Positions 26,618-36,053 of a DNA stretch of 36,053 bases are shown here, piece by piece (position 1 is the stretch's first letter; each line of letters starts with the position of its first letter). Below the pieces are notes generated by a model. The model searched no databases. It worked only from the letters and a program-made list of their open reading frames with translations, and was not told the DNA's origin. The position numbers and the translations under genes are program-made. The stretch lies in the IMG/VR virus record IMGVR_UViG_3300025035_000063, positions 1-36,053 of that record, one strand, 5' to 3'. Source of the DNA: a virus (Duplodnaviria > Caudoviricetes).

Positions 26618-29600
26618 ATGAGCGACGAACCGGATAGAACGATAGCCGAAGAGGAAGACCCAAACGCTGCATACGTCCAGAATTTCCGTTCATTTCTGGA
26701 CGATAAGCGGCCTGCGTTCGACGCTATCGCCCATTCTGACTGGTGGGACGACCAGCCTGAGCAAGCGAAAAAAAGGCTGAAACTGGAATATTGGTCATGG
26801 GTGAAGTCACAGCCTGAATTTAAGGGGATTGACCAGAAGGCATATAAGGATTACATATTCAAGCAGGGCTTTCTGGACCAGCAGGGCCGTGCGCTCGGTG
26901 GCGCTTTTATGGAGGGCGCTGGTAGCGGCGGTCAGCTTCTTGGCAAGGTGTTTAATAAGCTGAACCCGGTTCTATTGCCTGTGACATTGGCAACTCAGAC
27001 CACTAAATTACTGAACCCGCCTACGGATGAACTGCCGATTGATGTTATCTCTGGCGCACTGCGCGAGGGAGGCAAGGAAGCCTCCAGAATCGGGCAGCGT
27101 ATGCAAGTGACGAATCGGCCCGAATCTAATATCGCTGAGGGCATTTTAAAGACGGAATCCGGTGTCGTTCGTGGCGCAACGGAATTGTGGAAGTACATGG
27201 CGGCTACTATGGCAGGTGGCCCTATCGCCGGTTTTGCGGGGCTTGGTATGTTAGAGGAGATAGACCCAGATATCCCACCTCAGGACCAATGGAAGAAGGT
27301 GTTAGAGGCGGGGCTGAGCGCGGCGGCAATGGGGGCTGTGTTTAAGTGGGCCGAACCATTGAAGCCATTGGTGAAGTCACTGGTAGTTGGCGGTTATGGA
27401 GCGGCAGTAACGAAGGCGAATGGCGGGACCTATACGGACTCCATAGCGCAGGGGACATCGCTTGTTCTACTCTCTGCGGCAAGCCCACGCAACAAAAACG
27501 CTGAGCTCGGTTTTGTTGAGAAAATCGGCGCTGACATACAGGCGGCGAAACATGTTTACCGCAAAGTTACGAACGCCAGCGCAGAACTTCGCGCTAAAGC
27601 GTCTAATCTCGCTGGCAGGATGAAGGCGGGCGAGGCGAAGGAGGAAGAGTTTTCCTCATTTGTTGATGACGTGAAAAATGAAATCCTCACAGACCCGGAG
27701 ACAACCGCTGAGATTGGGAAGGAATTTGATTCCGCTATTACAAACAATTTGACGAACAGACCGGTGAAGGAAGTTTTAGATGCGGCTGTTTCAGCGGACA
27801 CACATGAGCAGACAGCCAAACAGGAATTTATACAAGAGGCGAAACGGAAGGCTACAAACCAGTATGTGGAAGAATTACCCGCGGGCGTATCCGATACCAT
27901 GTCAGGGGTGCTGAAATCACTTGGCGCGGAAGCCGCGGATATTGAGCCGGTCATGCTGACTGAGATGGAACGACTCGCTGTTCTGAATGAGGGGCAACCT
28001 GAGTTGGTGATAGAGGCGTTGGGTATTGACACTGGATGGTCAACTCGCACTGCGGAGAATATGTTGATGGACATGGGTGTCCCGGCGAGTGAACAGCGTG
28101 TCTCGAAAGTAGCGAGGTTAATCAGTGAGCAGAAAATAGCGCCGGAAGACGTTTCCAGCCCCACTGATACTTCATTGCTGACCGTTGTTGACCGTTCAAG
28201 AATTAGAGATTATATTGATAGGCCGGGTAATGAACTTGACCCGACTATCCGCAAGGCACTGGACAAGGCTTCGCGCGGCGTCCGTGTCCCGGGGAAGTAT
28301 GCTAAGAGCGTACTTGATGTTGTTGACTCCTTCAGAGCCGATGCCCGCGCTGATATTAGGGGCAGATTGAAGGGCACCAAAGAAGCGGAAGGCGATTATA
28401 TACCATCAACAATGATGGATACGTCAGCAGTATCAGAAGATGTTGCAATGAATGCCTTTGACACGACTGTGGAGAAAACCGTTAATCATGTCAGAGGCAA
28501 CGTTATCCCCGCAGACAATGTGATTATGGTGGTAGACCCTGAGACCGCAAGCGGGTCACTCCAGTTGCCTGATACCCCGATAGGCAGGGGCGCTTCCACA
28601 AGGCCAATAACCGTGAAAAGGAGGGGCGAGCTTGAAGATTCCCTGAAACAGAATCTGGACACCGCGAGGTCAGCGGGTGATTCTCCAATCGCGCCTGATA
28701 CTGTTGTTGAGTTAGGAGGAATGGATATTCTCACGGGCGAAGAAGGGTATTTGAATAAGGAGACGGTCGGGCATGAGCGTCCATTCTATGCACTCGAAGC
28801 TGACAAACAGGTGGATGTCCCGGTACATGGCGAGCGTCGCATGGCCCCGGTTGCGGTAATCGCTCCCGTAGAAAGAATATTACCCGGTAAGGCCGGTAAG
28901 GGAAAAGTCAGAATTGACCCTGACACCCCGACCAGCGAGCTTTTGTATATGCTGGGCGATGACCCCCGTGTGTATACACGGGACGAAGCACGCGCCGCCA
29001 TCGAACAGAGGAACGCTGTCGCCGCTAAACATGTTGACGAACTTGCGCCTGCAAGTAGGGCAAAACATAATGTGCTGGTAGATGTAAAGCCGGAATCGCG
29101 TGGGCCGGGCGGAGAGCCGATGGTAACGGCGAAGTCTTTAGAGAACGGCAACGTTATCATGCCTGACGGGAGAAGCGTCAGCATGGAGCAGTATCGCGCT
29201 GAGTTTAAGAGACATCGAGCCCAGAACCCAACTGTCCGGAAATTCCGGAGAGTTGCAGATGCTATCCGTGACGGGGAGAACGTACCGGACAAAATACTTG
29301 ACCAGTATCCCGCGTTGAAGGATATGTATGAGGACGAACTCAACGCGATACGCAGCATAAAAGACCCGTCTGAACGGGCAGGCGCTATCAGAGCTATACG
29401 AGCGAGGAAAGCGCTCCCACGAGGATATGCCACGAAGAGCAAATTTATGCTTGCTGAAATGGGCGACGATGGCCGTGTCACCGTGTCTGATACACGCATT
29501 TTCGGGAGCGCTATTGACGCGTTCAATGCCAGAGGTGGCGAGCAGGTTGTGATTAAAGTATCGCCATCAAGGTTCCCGCCGGGCACTACACACACCGGGG

Positions 29601-32600
29601 ATATTAAGCAGACGAAAGATGGGACTGTCCTCACACTGGAGCAGACACCGCCGCCGGGTTCAATTACAAAGATATGGAAGAACCGGAAATGGCATGATAT
29701 TAAGGTCGAGGAATCAACCGACCCCATATACCGGGAACTGGATGGTGACGCCAACCGGCAACAGTTTAGCAGAGCGAACAACGATGAGCCGAACCACGTG
29801 ACACCGGACAAGGCAGCGTACACAACCATGGTTTCAAGGCAGGATGTAGTTGACGCGGTAAATCGGAAGACATTGTTCTCGGTGCGGTCTGGTGTTGAAG
29901 GCGAAGCATCTGGCGCAAGTTACGGCAACAAAGTAATTTACCTTAGCCGCTCAGGTGATATTGGAAGGCTGGCGCACGAGTTGGCCCATGGCGCGGAAGA
30001 TGTCCTGCAACTGAGGTTAGACAGATACGAGTCAATGCTAAAAATCAATGGCCTTCAAAGCAGCGCGGAGGGGTTCGCCGAGTTTTCAAGGCTCTGGTGG
30101 ACAAACCGCAAAATGGCCAAGAGCATGTTCCCGGAATTTTATGCCACGTTCAAGTCAAAATTCTATGGTCATAATACCGAATTGACGAAGCTCTATAATA
30201 TTGTGGATGAGTATTATTCAGCGTACCGTAACCAGCCCTATTTTCAACAGTTTATGGCGCAAATCGAATTTGACCCGCACCTCAGGGAGACACGTAAGGC
30301 GTCACTGAAAACGGTGTTCGGGCTTGAGATGACGAGCCAGTATTATCATGTGGAGCAACTGGCAGCTAAGTATAGGCTTTCGAGACCTGAATTGGAGTTT
30401 ATACAAAAGACTCTGTACGTTCTTGCCCCGCAAACCGATGCGGCGGTCATGGGGATATACGGCGTTGAGGGCTACAAGCCGATTGATATAGATATGGTTG
30501 AACATCCTGAGATTACGCCATTTTCTTATTTCTCGAACAAGTATTCTGATTTTAGTTGGAAGGCATATTTAAAGTCCGGTGGCGAATATGGGCTTGTCAC
30601 AAACGATTCCGGCATGGAGTTTTCCGCGTTCATGCAGGCGTTATCAGTATTGCATGAAGGTGTGGATTTGTCAGCCTCTCAATTCTTTGACACGTACTCT
30701 GTGACCCGCCAGCAGGCGGCGGATATGGTCAGATATGTAAGGAGCAAGCCGAATGGCAAATCGCTGGAAGCGGAGTATCTGTCTGATGCGAAGAAATTAC
30801 GCCAGCTCTTTGAGTTTGCGACTGACCAGCTTGTAGATTCTGGGTTAATATCAAAGGAAGAGGCGGACTCAAGAATAAATAAGGGGTACAAATTCCATGC
30901 CATCTTGAACCGGGTACAATCCACCATTGGTTCTCCGACTGTGTTCCAACCCGGTAATGTAGCCCCCGATTTTTTCAAGGTTCGGCACGGGTCAACAGAG
31001 AAGATTGTTGGTTATCTCGACGCGTACAGGGCGCTGATACCGAAGATGATGAGAACCGCGTTTGAGAACGTGAAGCAGCGGAAACTGGCGGAGTTTTATA
31101 GGGGACTGCCAGACAGCGAAGCATTCGTCAAGCATATTAAACCGGATAGTATTCTGGAGAGCCCTTCAGGTGATTCCGGTAAGGTGCTTTCTATTATAGA
31201 GAGTGTTGTTGACGGGTCAAAGGATGGTATAAACGTTAAAGCAGTAGAAGAGCTTCTTGAGACAAAGCGCGGTCATTCATGGGACTTATTCGATATGCAA
31301 ACATCAGGTGACAGGTACATGAAATATTATGATGACGGCAAGCCTGTTGTCCATCAGATACTTGACCCTGACACCCATGCTCAAATGCTGTACTTGAAGC
31401 CGGAACATTATGCTGAGGTAAACAAATTCGTCAAGGCTCTCCATTTTATATTCTCGGAGACGGCGAGCCTGAGCCGTGTGGCATTTACAAAGAACCCGAT
31501 ATTCCCATTATGGAATATGCCACGTGACACCGCTACACGTATGGCAACCACCGAGACCGGTGGACTTGGATTACCGACACTCCGCAAGGCCATCAAAGCG
31601 ATTGCGACGAATGACCCCATCGTTAGGCAGTGCCTGACCGATACGAATATGATGGGTTTCGCTTCACGTTCGCGGTCGAGTATGGACAAGGCGTTGTATA
31701 GGACGAAGGGGAGCATCACGGACAAGGTGGTTGCGAAGTATCAGGCATACCATGAGAATATGGAGTTGGTGAACAGACTCGCCGAGTACATCGGGGGGGT
31801 TGAGAAGTACGGCAACACAACCGAGGGCAGGGTTAAGGCGGCTTGGGACGCGCTGGACGTAACGTTGAATTTCCGCAGGATGGGTAAGATGGGCGGGAAA
31901 ATCAACCAGTATGTCCCCTTCTTTAATGCCGGTTTGCAGGAGCTATCGAAGATTGGTCGTCTGTTGTCTGACCCACGAACCCGGATGAGATTTGTCATAA
32001 AGGGCTTGCTGACATCAGCCCTATTGCAGGGTACTTTGGACTATGTACACCACGGGAAGGATTGGTATGATGACAGGTCAAAGTTTTTGAAAGCGACAAC
32101 GTACACCATCGCGAATGTGAATGGATATACCATATTCCTCCCGAAGCCATTTGCTATCGGCGCCATCTACTCTTCTATTGGGGAGTTGGCGGCGGTTCCG
32201 CTCACGACTGGCAAGCTTCCAACATTGAAAAATATGCAGAGCATCGCCAAGCGGGCTTGGACGCCAGTTGTGCCGAATCTAAGCGCTCCGGTCCCGTCTG
32301 CGGCGCTGGAGCTTGCGATGAATCTGAATAGGTTCATGGGGATACCCATCGAATCCAAGTCAGATGTTGATGACAATGTGCCGAAGAGGTATAGATTCAA
32401 CTCGTACACGCCAGCGTTTCTCGTATCGTTAGGGCCGATGCTGGAGAAGGTGAATATGTCACCGGCTCAGGCCGACTATGCGATACAGAAGTTCACGGGG
32501 GTTATGGGCCGCATTTTTGAAGACGCGGTGGATGGGCTGTATGGCAATCTTGGCGGCGATGTCGCGAAGCCTGCACCGGGTCGCGAGGGCTGGGCGGCTC

Positions 32601-33118
32601 CATTCGCACGGTTTGCAACACCGGACTATCTGCGGATGAGCGCGCCCTCTTCCGCATTGGCAGAAAGAATAATCAAGCTTGCGCAACTTGAAAAGAACCT
32701 CAAGAATAAAGAGTTTGGCGAGTCGTACAAGAAGAATGAATCCGAGAAACTGCCATGGCTTAAGAACAAAGATGGGCGGGCGGTGTTCGCCGCATCTTTC
32801 GCAGCGCGGAAGGAGATATTCTCACTCTTTGGCGCGAAGAGTTTTTTCATGAACGCTCGTTCAATGCCGATAGACGAGAAGACTGGTAAGCCGTCAAGAT
32901 ACCGTGTGGCATCGCAGGTAGCGGTTTTGTACAAGTTTTTCAGGCAGGACGACCATTTTTCAGAAAAGCAGAAGCTCGATATTATCTCGGCTATACGGTC
33001 GGGGAAACAGTTAGATGATGTTGTGCTCCGCAGGCTGGTATTGTCGCGCCTGACACGGTATGTCAATACCCGCAGCAAATATTATACACGCGCTCTTGAT
33101 GACCTGATGGGAGAATAG
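26618..33118 (+). CDS. Large ejection / polyvalent protein with HExxH domain and LPD38-like C-terminus
   Basis: 2166 aa; Gly/Ala amphipathic N-region, AHELAH...EGFAE, C-terminal PFFNA, PKPF, SPAQADYAIQKFTG. Confidence 0.75.
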   Translation: MSDEPDRTIAEEEDPNAAYVQNFRSFLDDKRPAFDAIAHSDWWDDQPEQAKKRLKLEYWSWVKSQPEFKGIDQKAYKDYIFKQGFLDQQGRALGGAFMEGAGSGGQLLGKVFNKLNPVLLPVTLATQTTKLLNPPTDELPIDVISGALREGGKEASRIGQRMQVTNRPESNIAEGILKTESGVVRGATELWKYMAATMAGGPIAGFAGLGMLEEIDPDIPPQDQWKKVLEAGLSAAAMGAVFKWAEPLKPLVKSLVVGGYGAAVTKANGGTYTDSIAQGTSLVLLSAASPRNKNAELGFVEKIGADIQAAKHVYRKVTNASAELRAKASNLAGRMKAGEAKEEEFSSFVDDVKNEILTDPETTAEIGKEFDSAITNNLTNRPVKEVLDAAVSADTHEQTAKQEFIQEAKRKATNQYVEELPAGVSDTMSGVLKSLGAEAADIEPVMLTEMERLAVLNEGQPELVIEALGIDTGWSTRTAENMLMDMGVPASEQRVSKVARLISEQKIAPEDVSSPTDTSLLTVVDRSRIRDYIDRPGNELDPTIRKALDKASRGVRVPGKYAKSVLDVVDSFRADARADIRGRLKGTKEAEGDYIPSTMMDTSAVSEDVAMNAFDTTVEKTVNHVRGNVIPADNVIMVVDPETASGSLQLPDTPIGRGASTRPITVKRRGELEDSLKQNLDTARSAGDSPIAPDTVVELGGMDILTGEEGYLNKETVGHERPFYALEADKQVDVPVHGERRMAPVAVIAPVERILPGKAGKGKVRIDPDTPTSELLYMLGDDPRVYTRDEARAAIEQRNAVAAKHVDELAPASRAKHNVLVDVKPESRGPGGEPMVTAKSLENGNVIMPDGRSVSMEQYRAEFKRHRAQNPTVRKFRRVADAIRDGENVPDKILDQYPALKDMYEDELNAIRSIKDPSERAGAIRAIRARKALPRGYATKSKFMLAEMGDDGRVTVSDTRIFGSAIDAFNARGGEQVVIKVSPSRFPPGTTHTGDIKQTKDGTVLTLEQTPPPGSITKIWKNRKWHDIKVEESTDPIYRELDGDANRQQFSRANNDEPNHVTPDKAAYTTMVSRQDVVDAVNRKTLFSVRSGVEGEASGASYGNKVIYLSRSGDIGRLAHELAHGAEDVLQLRLDRYESMLKINGLQSSAEGFAEFSRLWWTNRKMAKSMFPEFYATFKSKFYGHNTELTKLYNIVDEYYSAYRNQPYFQQFMAQIEFDPHLRETRKASLKTVFGLEMTSQYYHVEQLAAKYRLSRPELEFIQKTLYVLAPQTDAAVMGIYGVEGYKPIDIDMVEHPEITPFSYFSNKYSDFSWKAYLKSGGEYGLVTNDSGMEFSAFMQALSVLHEGVDLSASQFFDTYSVTRQQAADMVRYVRSKPNGKSLEAEYLSDAKKLRQLFEFATDQLVDSGLISKEEADSRINKGYKFHAILNRVQSTIGSPTVFQPGNVAPDFFKVRHGSTEKIVGYLDAYRALIPKMMRTAFENVKQRKLAEFYRGLPDSEAFVKHIKPDSILESPSGDSGKVLSIIESVVDGSKDGINVKAVEELLETKRGHSWDLFDMQTSGDRYMKYYDDGKPVVHQILDPDTHAQMLYLKPEHYAEVNKFVKALHFIFSETASLSRVAFTKNPIFPLWNMPRDTATRMATTETGGLGLPTLRKAIKAIATNDPIVRQCLTDTNMMGFASRSRSSMDKALYRTKGSITDKVVAKYQAYHENMELVNRLAEYIGGVEKYGNTTEGRVKAAWDALDVTLNFRRMGKMGGKINQYVPFFNAGLQELSKIGRLLSDPRTRMRFVIKGLLTSALLQGTLDYVHHGKDWYDDRSKFLKATTYTIANVNGYTIFLPKPFAIGAIYSSIGELAAVPLTTGKLPTLKNMQSIAKRAWTPVVPNLSAPVPSAALELAMNLNRFMGIPIESKSDVDDNVPKRYRFNSYTPAFLVSLGPMLEKVNMSPAQADYAIQKFTGVMGRIFEDAVDGLYGNLGGDVAKPAPGREGWAAPFARFATPDYLRMSAPSSALAERIIKLAQLEKNLKNKEFGESYKKNESEKLPWLKNKDGRAVFAASFAARKEIFSLFGAKSFFMNARSMPIDEKTGKPSRYRVASQVAVLYKFFRQDDHFSEKQKLDIISAIRSGKQLDDVVLRRLVLSRLTRYVNTRSKYYTRALDDLMGE

Positions 33119-33119
33119 T

Positions 33120-36053
33120 ATGGATAGAGCCAGACTCGAAGACGCCTTGAAACGGATAGAGCGGCGCATTGCTGATATTGAGAAGCGGCATATCGGCGGC
33201 CCATTCTCCCAGACGCTACCCGGAGATACTAAGGACGCGCGTGGTCGGCGCATTATTGATATTGGCGGACCCGCTACTGAGACAACAGAAGTGGGCGCGG
33301 CTACAGGCCAATCCGATAATGTGACGAACGTTTACCATGTTGGGGGCGGCGGCGGCGGCGGTACTGTGCCTGATGTTGGGGGCGGAGGCGGCGGCGGTAC
33401 TGTGCCTGATGTTGGGGGCGGAGGCGGCGGCGGTGCTGTGCCTGATTTTTACGCTCATTTTGATAAACCAAGATGTTATCTTATAGGTAGTCGCACCATA
33501 CAGTTACAGATGACTCCCCCCAATAGCACTGGTTATGCGAGATTTTCAATTAAGAAAAAACGCGATTTAGTTGACATTGGGCGGTCACAACAGTTCGAAG
33601 TTCAGGAAGTCACCTCCGGCGGTGCTGCTGTATCTGTCTGGACTGCATCAGAAGCCGTATATAAAGGGTCGAGTTTTCGTTCGCCAACCGTTGCGGACGG
33701 TACTGCCTATAGGTGCACACAGAGTGGTACAACCGGGGTGGCCGAGCCAACTTGGGGCGAGGGCACAATCGTTGACGGTACGGCAACATGGGAATTGCAA
33801 CAGGAACATCAGGCAACACTCACGGATGACTCGCTTATCAATCCCGGGTCGAATGCGGCGGCGGCAGGGTCTTTCCGGCTCATAAATATTGGTGCCTTAC
33901 CGGCTGGGGCGTGGGATACCGGGTGGGGGCATCAGCCGGCAAAGGAATGCGAGTACCTTGTTCGTTGTGAAGGAAGCGACTCGGCGATCCTGTACTCTGA
34001 CTCCGGCCATCCATTCAAGCAATTCCGTGTTCGTCCGGCTGAGGGTAATCGTGTTGGCGTTGGCCCGAATTTCACAATAGTGGAAATAGTGTCCGCAGAG
34101 TGGAGAATTCAAAACCTTTCGAACCCGCAGTACGATTGGATTTACGGGTGCCCCACGAGTATGCTTGTTAATCGCCCCTTAATTGAGTTGCCGGATGGTG
34201 TTCATTTTTTCATAGTCCCTCCTGACAAACATTTGAATGGTGTGAATGAAGACAATATCCCAGTTGGTGTCCCATTCGAAATTTCATCATACGAAATGCG
34301 AAGCGATGGCATATACACATGGGTTAGACGTTCCAACATCGCAGCCCCTATCGGTAGCGATACAGATGGGGCATTCACCCATAAGGCATACATATCGCAC
34401 AACGCATCAGATGAATCGGCATCCGCTTCCCTCAATATGTGGGTTCCGGGCGATGGCGTAATTTTCGCGTTGGCGTTTGATAACGATATTGATGTCAATA
34501 TACCCATCTATGGGCAGGACTTCTACGCCACAATAAACGCCATAAACCCCATCACTGTAGGCTCAGATATTGGCGCGATTGTGACATTCGTTGGTTGGGC
34601 CGCACCGTGGTATACGGGGAACCACTATTACCCTCATCGGAATTTTCTCTATACGTGGAAACCCAACAGCCTGACGCAGAAGGCATTTATAAAAGAACTT
34701 CCGATTGAGGGGTATGAATGCGGGTGGCACGGGACTTTAGCATGGGATAGCGTCAATGAGGGAGGATACCCCAATCAGGTGGTGGTGAATACAGGAGATT
34801 ATGCCGCAGGTCTGACGCTCGTGGGGGATGGTACTGGTTCCGACGGCTACTTCAGAAAATACTTTGTTAGCGAGAATGGCGGTACATTTAAGCTCATGCT
34901 ATCTGATACTGACGCCGCCGTAACACCATCCTCTCGTATGTGGGGAATTGGGTATCAGGTCGAATTTGGCATAGTGCATACATATACCCGCAATTTTCAC
35001 CTATGCTTCGTGTATGGTCAGTCACCGGATGACCCGGGATATAACAACAGCGCATTCACCGTTTACAGCTTACGGATGAACGCAGTGCTGTACGCAGGTT
35101 CGATTGCTGGCTCATTTGAACATACTGGAGGCGTCACCGGTGGTGACGTAATATTAGTTGGGTATGCGGCGCCGGATATTGGCGGGGATGGCCTCCTGGT
35201 GAATATTATCGCTGGAGGCAATAGTTGGGCTTATTGGTCGTTGATGTCCGAGTATACAAGCCATGGTATATCTATGTTCGACTTCTCCGCACAATTCGCA
35301 TCTTATACGATTGGCGGGTGTCTGCAACCACACCTCTCCGGTAAGGAGATTATGCTTCCCGGAATGAAGGGGACATTAGAGTGTATTGCCCGGCTCAATG
35401 TGGTGATTGACGGCTCAGATTTAGGGACATTCGCTGGCACTTATGCGTCTGTCGAAGCGTATAACCTGTGGGAAGGGGAGTCATGGGCGAACAAGAGGGT
35501 GGCTCCAGTGCTTGGAGACCCGGGTCTCTGGGTTGGTAATCCGTATAATACAAACACACCCATAGCCAATCCGGGTGGCTACCCTGTAACGTATAATGGC
35601 AGACGGTTATTCATCTTCCGATTCTCATCATACGGTGCTACATCAAACGGTGATGAGCTGGGCCGAATAGACGGTACGGTGTTCCATTACCAGTTCCAGT
35701 ACCCCCCTGTGTCAGACTCATTCACATTAACGGGTTACAACACAAATCTAATCCCAAAAGCGCTTGACACGATACGGCTGGACGAACTGACGTCTATTTC
35801 GAGCGATACAGCGAGCGGCGAAGCCAACACCGCATCGAATATTGGTGTCGGTGGCGTGGGTGTATACAAGCAAAAGGCTGGTGTTGACCTTGAGTTTAAG
35901 ACGATTAACGTTGGCTCCGCAAAACTCACACTGGCGGATGATACTACCAATGACAAGGTCGTGATTGACTTTGGCAGTGTGGCGACTACGGACTTGAGTG
36001 ATGGGTCATCAATCTACATGGTAGGCGGTACGGATGTTGCCGTGGCAGATGGC
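33120..36053 (+). CDS. Large tail fibre/receptor-binding protein (3'-truncated; absent from the ORF track)
   Basis: Manual translation: ATG at 33120 and 978 codons with no stop to the window end; ends GEANTASNIG...TDVAVADG. Confidence 0.85.
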   Translation, partial: MDRARLEDALKRIERRIADIEKRHIGGPFSQTLPGDTKDARGRRIIDIGGPATETTEVGAATGQSDNVTNVYHVGGGGGGGTVPDVGGGGGGGTVPDVGGGGGGGAVPDFYAHFDKPRCYLIGSRTIQLQMTPPNSTGYARFSIKKKRDLVDIGRSQQFEVQEVTSGGAAVSVWTASEAVYKGSSFRSPTVADGTAYRCTQSGTTGVAEPTWGEGTIVDGTATWELQQEHQATLTDDSLINPGSNAAAAGSFRLINIGALPAGAWDTGWGHQPAKECEYLVRCEGSDSAILYSDSGHPFKQFRVRPAEGNRVGVGPNFTIVEIVSAEWRIQNLSNPQYDWIYGCPTSMLVNRPLIELPDGVHFFIVPPDKHLNGVNEDNIPVGVPFEISSYEMRSDGIYTWVRRSNIAAPIGSDTDGAFTHKAYISHNASDESASASLNMWVPGDGVIFALAFDNDIDVNIPIYGQDFYATINAINPITVGSDIGAIVTFVGWAAPWYTGNHYYPHRNFLYTWKPNSLTQKAFIKELPIEGYECGWHGTLAWDSVNEGGYPNQVVVNTGDYAAGLTLVGDGTGSDGYFRKYFVSENGGTFKLMLSDTDAAVTPSSRMWGIGYQVEFGIVHTYTRNFHLCFVYGQSPDDPGYNNSAFTVYSLRMNAVLYAGSIAGSFEHTGGVTGGDVILVGYAAPDIGGDGLLVNIIAGGNSWAYWSLMSEYTSHGISMFDFSAQFASYTIGGCLQPHLSGKEIMLPGMKGTLECIARLNVVIDGSDLGTFAGTYASVEAYNLWEGESWANKRVAPVLGDPGLWVGNPYNTNTPIANPGGYPVTYNGRRLFIFRFSSYGATSNGDELGRIDGTVFHYQFQYPPVSDSFTLTGYNTNLIPKALDTIRLDELTSISSDTASGEANTASNIGVGGVGVYKQKAGVDLEFKTINVGSAKLTLADDTTNDKVVIDFGSVATTDLSDGSSIYMVGGTDVAVADG
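33337..33444 (+). repeat. 36-bp tandem repeat x3 encoding (D/H)VGGGGGGGxVP
   Basis: ATGTTGGGGGCGG(A/C)GGCGGCGGCGGT(A/G)CTGTGCCTG at 33337, 33373 and 33409. Confidence 0.9.

Larger units (their letters stand above)
1..36053. mobile_element. Tailed dsDNA phage (podovirus-like) genome, complete or near complete
   Basis: Terminase-portal-scaffold-capsid-adaptor-nozzle-ejection protein order, no tape measure or tube/sheath genes, a lysis cassette and a lambdoid-type recombination/replication arm; no host genes at either end. Confidence 0.93.

Noticed and set aside
27556-29829. Long antisense ORFs (202 and 347 aa) in the large ejection gene
   Set aside because: Codon-mirror shadows with S/T-rich, non-protein-like composition and no RBS

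Overview
The window is essentially a whole (or nearly whole) ~36 kb tailed phage genome of podovirus type; no host genes, rRNA, tRNA, CRISPR array or integrase were recognised. The rightward late arm (15.1 kb to the end, apparently continuing at base 1 to 4.9 kb) holds large terminase, portal, scaffold, major capsid, two adaptors, nozzle, three ejection proteins (one of 2166 aa), a tail fibre/RBP ORF that the ORF track misses (33120 to the end), a zincin+M23 double peptidase and a lysis cassette. The leftward early arm (14.2 to 4.9 kb) holds YqaJ exonuclease, RecT, replication initiator, DnaC-like loader, SSB, an XRE HTH protein, DUF1064 and small ORFs. Three things stand out. (1) Three paralogous early genes are built from a 15-aa Gly/Gln/Cys repeat and are mosaics of each other; they share a perfect 125-bp tract that brackets the cro-like gene and its promoters. 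(2) A non-coding, stop-riddled duplicate of the initiator gene's internal 12-bp repeat array and a flanking 21-bp box lies at the early/late divergence point, followed by ~500 bp of polypurine then polypyrimidine DNA. (3) Near-perfect sigma70 promoters sit directly in front of the terminase, with no recognisable small terminase, integrase or Q-type regulator. Family assignments come from motif recognition by eye, not database searches.
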